From NCBI GenBank assembly GCA_963169855.1, contig CAUJCN010000002.1:452885-516884 (forward strand): a stretch of DNA of 64,000 bases. Reading direction: 5' to 3'. Both the position numbers and the translations under genes were made by a program. The stretch comes from Patescibacteria group bacterium (lineage in GTDB: Bacteria > Patescibacteriota > Dojkabacteria > J137). Positions 58,543-64,000 of this stretch are shown here, one piece after another. A model generated the notes under the pieces. The model was not told the DNA's origin. It did no database searches and saw only the letters and a program-made list of their open reading frames with translations. The stretch's first letter is position 1. Each line of letters begins with the position of its first letter.

Positions 58543-60015
58543 TTAAAACTCCTTTCTAGCCACCCTATTTAAATTCCTAATACTTTGCATACTAGGTCCT
58601 AAATTCTTATCCGGCATTTTCACAGGTACTTTCTTGTGTTTCTTAATTTCTGGTAAATCTGCATCCTCCTCTGAATATACTTTCAGATAACTTTTATCTC
58701 TTGTTGCAAGTACAAAGTGCCAAAACACGTACATGAATGCATTGCGAACAACCAAATCTTTCATAGGATTTCTACCCGAATATTGAAATTGATGTTCCAA
58801 TCCAGATGGCATTAAATAGTCTGGATCAGGTAATCTTCCGTTTTGTAAGTTGCTCATTAAGTTCTGAGAAATGTGCAACTCATATCCTCGATTGAAAATG
58901 TCTGCAACATTTTGAATAAAGGCACCAACCCATGTCTCATTCTCTTGTAGAGCTTTATCCAACATTTCACTTTTTCTTATTATCTCCAGATCTTCATCTT
59001 CGATTAACCTGCGAAGCTTTGGTTTAGATTGATTCACTAGTTCAGGTTCAGTGTTAGATTCTTGTACACCTCGATTGTCAAGAATATTTCTGGAAGATAT
59101 CACTTTAACTTTATCCTTCAATCCTAAGATCATGTAATAATCGTGTTCACCAAGAACGATTTTCATAAAAGTTTTTGCAAACTTTACAACGATGCTTAAA
59201 TTACGATTATTTCTTAGAATAGTGGCAATTGCTTTGTAATACTGATTTTCACTCGTATCTAAAAAATTCAGAAATTTTTCTGGCAGGCTGTCTGGAAAAT
59301 CAAATAATGACCCTTGCCTTAACAGATGAAAGTCGTTAGGATTCAGTACGATTTCAAGATTCTGGGTTTGAATGAAATCATTAATCATTTGTGCAATTGC
59401 TGCTTGAAAAGGGAATATATCGAATTTTATTTTCCCCTCAAGTATCATCAAAGTAGGTAAAACATCTTCAGATCTATCAAATACAAATTTGTTAGCTTTA
59501 GAGTTTTTTGAAAAATCTGGCTTAACTTCCGCTCCAATTACTTGAGAAAGAGTAAATGCAGTTTCGATTTCCACAGAGTCTAGTGATGGATCAATTTCAA
59601 ATTTTACTTTACCAGGTGAGGCAATTGTATTTCTAAAAACAGCGACCATATCCTGCCATAGACCGTACGCAAACAGTTTTGTAAACAGTAAATCTTCTTG
59701 CCTAAGTAATTCTAACAGTGTTCCTGAGTCTTCTATCGTTTCCAGGAAAGCCATAAACTCAGTTGGAATCCTCAAGAAAGTCGGAGGACGTATTCCAAGA
59801 TTAGAAAGTAATTCAAATTCTTGGTTTGAAACTTTTACGTTAATTGATCCTGCTACAAAAAGATTGTAAAAGAATCCACCCATTTCTCTAATTTTCACTC
59901 TGGAAGCAGCAGTATTAATATCTTTCCCCTCTAAAACATCTGCTATGTAGTTCCTATTCAAGCTCAGGGATCGCCGAACTCTTATATTCCTTTCCATTCG
60001 TGGATCGCCTTCCAT
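58543..60015 (-). CDS. Hypothetical protein (490 aa)
   Basis: Long intact ORF. Its stop abuts the infB stop with no gap (convergent). No recognisable motif. Confidence 0.45.
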   Translation of the reverse strand: MEGDPRMERNIRVRRSLSLNRNYIADVLEGKDINTAASRVKIREMGGFFYNLFVAGSINVKVSNQEFELLSNLGIRPPTFLRIPTEFMAFLETIEDSGTLLELLRQEDLLFTKLFAYGLWQDMVAVFRNTIASPGKVKFEIDPSLDSVEIETAFTLSQVIGAEVKPDFSKNSKANKFVFDRSEDVLPTLMILEGKIKFDIFPFQAAIAQMINDFIQTQNLEIVLNPNDFHLLRQGSLFDFPDSLPEKFLNFLDTSENQYYKAIATILRNNRNLSIVVKFAKTFMKIVLGEHDYYMILGLKDKVKVISSRNILDNRGVQESNTEPELVNQSKPKLRRLIEDEDLEIIRKSEMLDKALQENETWVGAFIQNVADIFNRGYELHISQNLMSNLQNGRLPDPDYLMPSGLEHQFQYSGRNPMKDLVVRNAFMYVFWHFVLATRDKSYLKVYSEEDADLPEIKKHKKVPVKMPDKNLGPSMQSIRNLNRVARKEF

Positions 60016-60087
60016 GCGTTTTGTTCTTGAAAATTATTAACAAAGATAATAACATATACCTGCTTTTATAAATTAAATTGAACCTCT

Positions 60088-61329
60088 ATGAAAATCACAA
60101 AAGTACATGCAAGGCAAATCATTGACTCTAGAGCTACTCCAACTTTGGAAGTAGATTTATATTTAGAAGATGGGTCAATGGGTAGAGCAGCAGTCCCAAG
60201 TGGAGCATCCACAGGTGCTCACGAAGCTTTAGAATTAAGAGATGGGGATAAATCAAATTATTTGGGAAAATCCGTTTTAAAGGCTGTAGCAAATGTAGCT
60301 AAAATTAATGAACTTATCTCTGGAAAAGGATTCGAAACGCAGGAAGCTTTAGACTCATTCTTGCTGATGGAAGATGGAACTGAGAACAAATCAAATTTTG
60401 GTGCAAATGCAATCTTAGGAATCTCTTTAGCATTTGCTCACGCAATGGCCAACTCAAGAAAAGTTCCTTTGTTCAGATATATAAATGAAATTTACGGTGG
60501 CTCTGAAATGAAACTTCCTACTCCAATGTTCAATATTATGAACGGAGGAAAGCACGCAAACTGGGCGACTGACATTCAGGAGTTTATGATCATGATTCCT
60601 AATAAAGATTATGCTGAACAGTTGAGAGCTAGTTGCGAAATTTTCATGTGTCTGGGAAAGATCTTGGAAGCTAGAGGATTGAATACAAATATCGGAAATG
60701 AGGGAGGATATGCTCCTGGATTCGCAAACAACGAAGAAGCATTCGAAGTGATCTCCGAAGCGATTGCTAAAGCTGGATATAAGTTGGGTGAAGACGTATT
60801 CTTTGCTCTTGATGTTGCATCGACTGAATTCTTTAATGCTGAAAATGGAACATATACTTTAAAAACTGAAGATAGAACTCTTTCTGCGGATGAATGGATG
60901 GATGTTTTAGAAGGATGGACAAAGAAGTATCCGTTCTTAAGTATAGAAGATCCGTTCGCAGAAGATGACTGGGCAAACTGGACAAAATTTACTTCTAAAG
61001 TTGGAAAAGATCTTCAAGTTGTTGGAGACGATCTTTTAGTTACAAATTCTCAGAGAGTTGAAAAAGCTATAGAAGAAAAAGCTTGTAACGCACTTTTGGT
61101 AAAAGTGAATCAAATTGGAACACTGACTGAAACTATCAATGCGATGAAGATGGGTCAAAAGAATGGATGGAATAATGTACTTTCACACAGGAGTGGTGAA
61201 ACAGAAGATGTAACAATTTCTCACATTGCCGTTGGAACTGGATGCGGACAAATCAAAACTGGAGCACCGAGCAGAGGAGAACGAACAGCTAAATACAATG
61301 AATTGTTGAGAATCTCGGAAGTTCTTTAA
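60088..61329 (+). CDS. eno: Enolase (phosphopyruvate hydratase)
   Basis: MKITKVHARQIIDSRATPTLEVDLYLEDGSMGRAAVPSGASTGAHEALELRDGDKS is the canonical enolase N-terminus. The metal-binding and catalytic residues are conserved. Confidence 0.95.
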   Translation: MKITKVHARQIIDSRATPTLEVDLYLEDGSMGRAAVPSGASTGAHEALELRDGDKSNYLGKSVLKAVANVAKINELISGKGFETQEALDSFLLMEDGTENKSNFGANAILGISLAFAHAMANSRKVPLFRYINEIYGGSEMKLPTPMFNIMNGGKHANWATDIQEFMIMIPNKDYAEQLRASCEIFMCLGKILEARGLNTNIGNEGGYAPGFANNEEAFEVISEAIAKAGYKLGEDVFFALDVASTEFFNAENGTYTLKTEDRTLSADEWMDVLEGWTKKYPFLSIEDPFAEDDWANWTKFTSKVGKDLQVVGDDLLVTNSQRVEKAIEEKACNALLVKVNQIGTLTETINAMKMGQKNGWNNVLSHRSGETEDVTISHIAVGTGCGQIKTGAPSRGERTAKYNELLRISEVL

Positions 61330-61350
61330 TCAAAGTCTGATATCCCAATG

Positions 61351-61378
61351 AAGGTGCCTCGCAAGAGGCATTTTCTAT
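61351..61378 (+). terminator. Rho-independent terminator after eno. The stem TGCCTC/GAGGCA with a GNRA loop (GCAA) is followed by a TTTTCT tract.
   Basis: Seen at 61355-61370, with T residues at 61371-61374. Confidence 0.5.
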
Positions 61379-61420
61379 ATACAGATGGGAGTTCCTTGCT
61401 ATAATTGCCGTCAGTAAAAT

Positions 61421-62320
61421 ATGGAGACATTATCAAAACCCTTTTTTGAGAAAGGCAGTTCAATAATAAGAGAGTTACAAAGCTACTTAACCAACGGTGG
61501 AAGAAGGGCCGACCTAATCTCTCTTTACCTGATAGGCACATCCCTAGAGAATCTTCCTCCAGTAGTTAAGAATCAAGTCCATTCTATTTTTCCAGAAAAC
61601 AGTTTCACTTACGTCGATAGCAATGTTGGACTACAGAGAAACAAAGAGACTGGTAGATTCGCCCCTTGTGATTTAGCAGATACTCATTTTACAAATCTAA
61701 GGACTGGTCTGGAAAAATCCTTTCGTTCTCACATAGAATCTAATTACCCAGCACTAGATCCCGACACAGGCTTTACAGTTACCATTCCTGGCTACGAAAA
61801 TCTTTTGCAACACGGGATACTTAAAGCAACTGGCTATATTTGTTTTCTTCCAAGTAGAAATCTAGTTTTATCAGATGGTGGTCGGTTGTTCCAAGGTGTG
61901 ATATACCGATTGGTTTTATCAGAAGACCAAGTACGTTTCGTTACGACAAGAAATCTTTTTGCTTTTATACACACCTATATTGAAGATATTTGCGAACTTC
62001 TTGATAACCTAAATAGTGGATATCCTTTGTTTGATCACAAGAAGAAAGGTTTTCTAAAAAAGCTTTGTGACAATTTAACAGCTTTTTTCCCGCAAGATTA
62101 TAATTTTCTAGAGAAAGTCCTGGATGCAACTAGAGATCAGGATATTGATGAAGATCAACGAAATGAAATACTCAGAGTTTTTCAGAATTACTTACGAAAG
62201 CTAATTTCTGAACTTCCTAATGACGTATCAATTGATCTTTTTAACAAAGAGATAACTTTAAATCTACCCAATCTCAAGCTCGAAACTGGAAGAATGTGGA
62301 AACCAACTCAAGAATCTTAA
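61421..62320 (+). CDS. Hypothetical protein (299 aa), paralog A of a tandem pair
   Basis: It shares a collinear core with 62296-63252 (KATGYICFLPSRNLVLSDGGRLFQGVIYRL versus KPYGYFTLLPTKHIVLSNGVVLFENVLYRL). The two C-termini also match (LNLPNLKLETGRMWK versus LDTPTLVLETGRKVK). Confidence 0.45.
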   Translation: METLSKPFFEKGSSIIRELQSYLTNGGRRADLISLYLIGTSLENLPPVVKNQVHSIFPENSFTYVDSNVGLQRNKETGRFAPCDLADTHFTNLRTGLEKSFRSHIESNYPALDPDTGFTVTIPGYENLLQHGILKATGYICFLPSRNLVLSDGGRLFQGVIYRLVLSEDQVRFVTTRNLFAFIHTYIEDICELLDNLNSGYPLFDHKKKGFLKKLCDNLTAFFPQDYNFLEKVLDATRDQDIDEDQRNEILRVFQNYLRKLISELPNDVSIDLFNKEITLNLPNLKLETGRMWKPTQES

Positions 62321-63252
62321 TCAGTTGTATAATCCAGCAAATGGACGCAATAAAAATCGAACCAAAAGTAAATTCAAGGAATTTGTTAGAAGCATTACAT
62401 AGAAGCCCGCCGCACTACGAAAGTCTTTCTTTCCAACTAGTACCTAATTCGCTTCAAACTTTTGATTCGGATACTCATGATGAGGTTATGAAGTTACTTG
62501 AGAAAGATGGTTTAGTAAAACTAGACCTAGCAAACATTTCCTTAAAGAGGGCTCCAAAAGATACTAAATTTGATCCATGTTACTTATCCAACGAGCATTT
62601 TGCCCACTTTTTTAATCCTAGCTTCGACCCAAAATTACCTTATTATTTATTCCATCATTACGGAGCTTTCGTCCCTGAATGTTTGTTTAAAATAAGAATT
62701 ATTGGAATGAGCGAACTTTCTGATTACGCCATCATTAAGCCTTACGGATACTTTACTTTGTTACCAACTAAACACATTGTTCTTTCAAACGGAGTTGTAT
62801 TATTTGAGAATGTTCTATACAGATTAAGTGTTTCAGATAAATTAAAAGCCGAAATTCAGAAACTATCTCTTTTTGCCTTTGTAAGAAAGTTCGATCAACA
62901 GATTAAACATTGGTTAGCTAATTTACCTCGAGGTAGTAGAGGTGCTTTAAATTCTGTAGACTTTTTCTTTAGACAGCTCTTTGATCTTATTAAGAACCTA
63001 GGAACTCTGAATAGTATTGTTGAAGACTCAGCTAACATAGATAAGGCTTTACAAGTTATTTTTAAGAGTGCGGCTACTGGAGGTCTTACAGAAACTTCGG
63101 AAATAATATTCCTACAAGAAGTCATCGATACTGTTGTTAAAGCTGCAGAACAGAATCCTTCTATAGATTTTATGAACAAAGAGTTTCTTATTGAATTAGA
63201 TACTCCTACTTTAGTGCTAGAAACAGGGAGGAAGGTGAAATTAGAACCATAG
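62296..63252 (+). CDS. Hypothetical protein (318 aa), paralog B of a tandem pair
   Basis: See paralog A. This gene overlaps the 3' end of A by about 25 nt in a different frame. An alternative start at MDAIKIEP (62341) would remove the overlap. Confidence 0.45.
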   Translation: METNSRILISCIIQQMDAIKIEPKVNSRNLLEALHRSPPHYESLSFQLVPNSLQTFDSDTHDEVMKLLEKDGLVKLDLANISLKRAPKDTKFDPCYLSNEHFAHFFNPSFDPKLPYYLFHHYGAFVPECLFKIRIIGMSELSDYAIIKPYGYFTLLPTKHIVLSNGVVLFENVLYRLSVSDKLKAEIQKLSLFAFVRKFDQQIKHWLANLPRGSRGALNSVDFFFRQLFDLIKNLGTLNSIVEDSANIDKALQVIFKSAATGGLTETSEIIFLQEVIDTVVKAAEQNPSIDFMNKEFLIELDTPTLVLETGRKVKLEP

Positions 63253-63302
63253 GACTGTTACAGTAGTGTTAGCAATTTTTTGTAACAAAAGTCTTGATTG
63301 TA

Positions 63303-63430
63303 CATTTATCACCCTCTTCGATGGTGGTATATGCTTGGACTGCTAACATTCTTCGATGCTGCGTTGTAAACATCAGAATTATTCCAAGTTTTTTGGAAAT
63401 GCATTTATCACCCTCTTCGATGGTGGTATA
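63303..63430. repeat. A perfect 29-bp direct repeat CATTTATCACCCTCTTCGATGGTGGTATA occurs twice (63303-63331 and 63402-63430) in the pyk upstream region. Each copy contains the palindromic core CACC-N9-GGTG.
   Basis: Seen directly, with a period of 99 bp. A partial third match, TTCTTCGATG, lies at 63350-63359. Confidence 0.8.
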
Positions 63431-63460
63431 ATCAATCCGATAAATAATATACATTTCCAT

Positions 63461-64000
63461 ATGAATTTAAAGAAAACAAAGATTGTTTGTACAATCGGTC
63501 CTGCTTCATGGGATCCAGAAGTAATGAAGAACATGATTGATGCTGGTATGAACTGCGCCAGAGTAAACGGTGCTTTTGCAGACGAAGCTGAGTTAGATAA
63601 GGTGACGAAACTAGTTAGAGATGTTTCAGATAGCGTTTCTCTAATGATGGATGTTAAAGGTCCCGAAGTTAGAATGAACAAATTTGCAGCTGCAAAACCT
63701 ATCAAGCCGGGAGACGAAATTATTATAGGAAACGATGATTCTTCAGAGATCTACCCTGGAAACTATCCTGATTTATACAAACATTTAGAAGTTGGACAGA
63801 GAGTAGTGATCGGAGACGGCGATACTGAGTTAGTAATTACTAAAATCGAAGGAGACAAAATGATTACTGAAGTAGTTTTCGGAGAAGCTTTGAAACCTGG
63901 AAAAGCAATGAACTTACCAGGGGCTGCAATTACTTCTCAAATTTTGACTGAGAAAGACAAAACAAATTTAGCTTATGCAATGAAATTAGGCTGGGATTTT
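63461..64000 (+). CDS. pyk: Pyruvate kinase, N-terminal part (gene continues beyond the window)
   Basis: Hand translation from the ATG at 63461: MNLKKTKIVCTIGPASWDPEVMKNMIDAGMNCARVNGAFADEAELDK...MMDVKGPEVR. The KIVCTIGPAS...AGMNVAR...DTKGPEIR signature of pyruvate kinase is present. It is in frame to the window end. Confidence 0.85.
   Translation, partial: MNLKKTKIVCTIGPASWDPEVMKNMIDAGMNCARVNGAFADEAELDKVTKLVRDVSDSVSLMMDVKGPEVRMNKFAAAKPIKPGDEIIIGNDDSSEIYPGNYPDLYKHLEVGQRVVIGDGDTELVITKIEGDKMITEVVFGEALKPGKAMNLPGAAITSQILTEKDKTNLAYAMKLGWDF

Noticed and set aside
63269-63705. Minus-strand ORFs 63269-63460 (63 aa) and 63379-63705 (108 aa)
   Set aside because: The first is an artefact of the 29-bp direct repeat (YTTIEEGDKC appears twice). 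The second is antisense to the clearly conserved pyruvate kinase N-terminus beginning at 63461.
1-64000. A search for tRNA, rRNA and CRISPR arrays, and consideration of an alternative genetic code (UGA recoding)
   Set aside because: I could not find a T-loop (GTTCGAATC-like) or D-loop signature in any intergenic region. There are no repeat-spacer arrays. Long conserved genes are intact under the standard code, so UGA-as-Gly recoding is not required.

Overview
This is an AT-rich bacterial chromosomal segment in which conserved housekeeping genes are densely packed and interspersed with many lineage-specific hypothetical, mostly membrane or secreted, proteins. The recognisable core genes are trxB (3' end), rnj, dnaA with two upstream DnaA boxes, comM, rsmI, ribA, the rpoB-rpoC-rpsL-rpsG block, recJ, hup, sufU, an rsmB-family gene, hisS, sufS, folA, an Elp3 homolog, a tsaC-tsaE fusion, a short infB, eno and pyk (5' end). 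A short IF-2, a 20-residue insertion in S12, a bacterial Elp3, TrmB-type regulators and a histone-H1-like basic protein together suggest a reduced-genome lineage, possibly CPR/Patescibacteria-like, but that is inference only. The standard genetic code appears to be used. The items I rank highest for follow-up are: (1) an adjacent dockerin-bearing secreted protein and a membrane-anchored cohesin-like scaffold next to an M23 peptidase (52.9-55.9 kb); (2) a FecR-like / CHASE2 class-III nucleotidyl cyclase / unknown-protein cassette (33.4-37.6 kb); (3) a LOG-family domain fused to a SAM methyltransferase, beside a divergent epimerase-like TIM barrel (30.0-32.0 kb); (4) three small genes missed by the 60-aa ORF cutoff, namely two tandem paralogous hydrophobic peptides coupled to rsmI and a 57-aa Lys/Ala-rich histone-like protein with its own terminator; (5) several structured noncoding repeats, comprising a triple 45-bp palindrome-containing tandem repeat upstream of rnj, a GTTAC operator-like array upstream of an HTH-peptidase fusion, a 29-bp perfect direct repeat upstream of pyk, and an inverted-repeat element upstream of hup. 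No CRISPR array, tRNA or rRNA gene was found.
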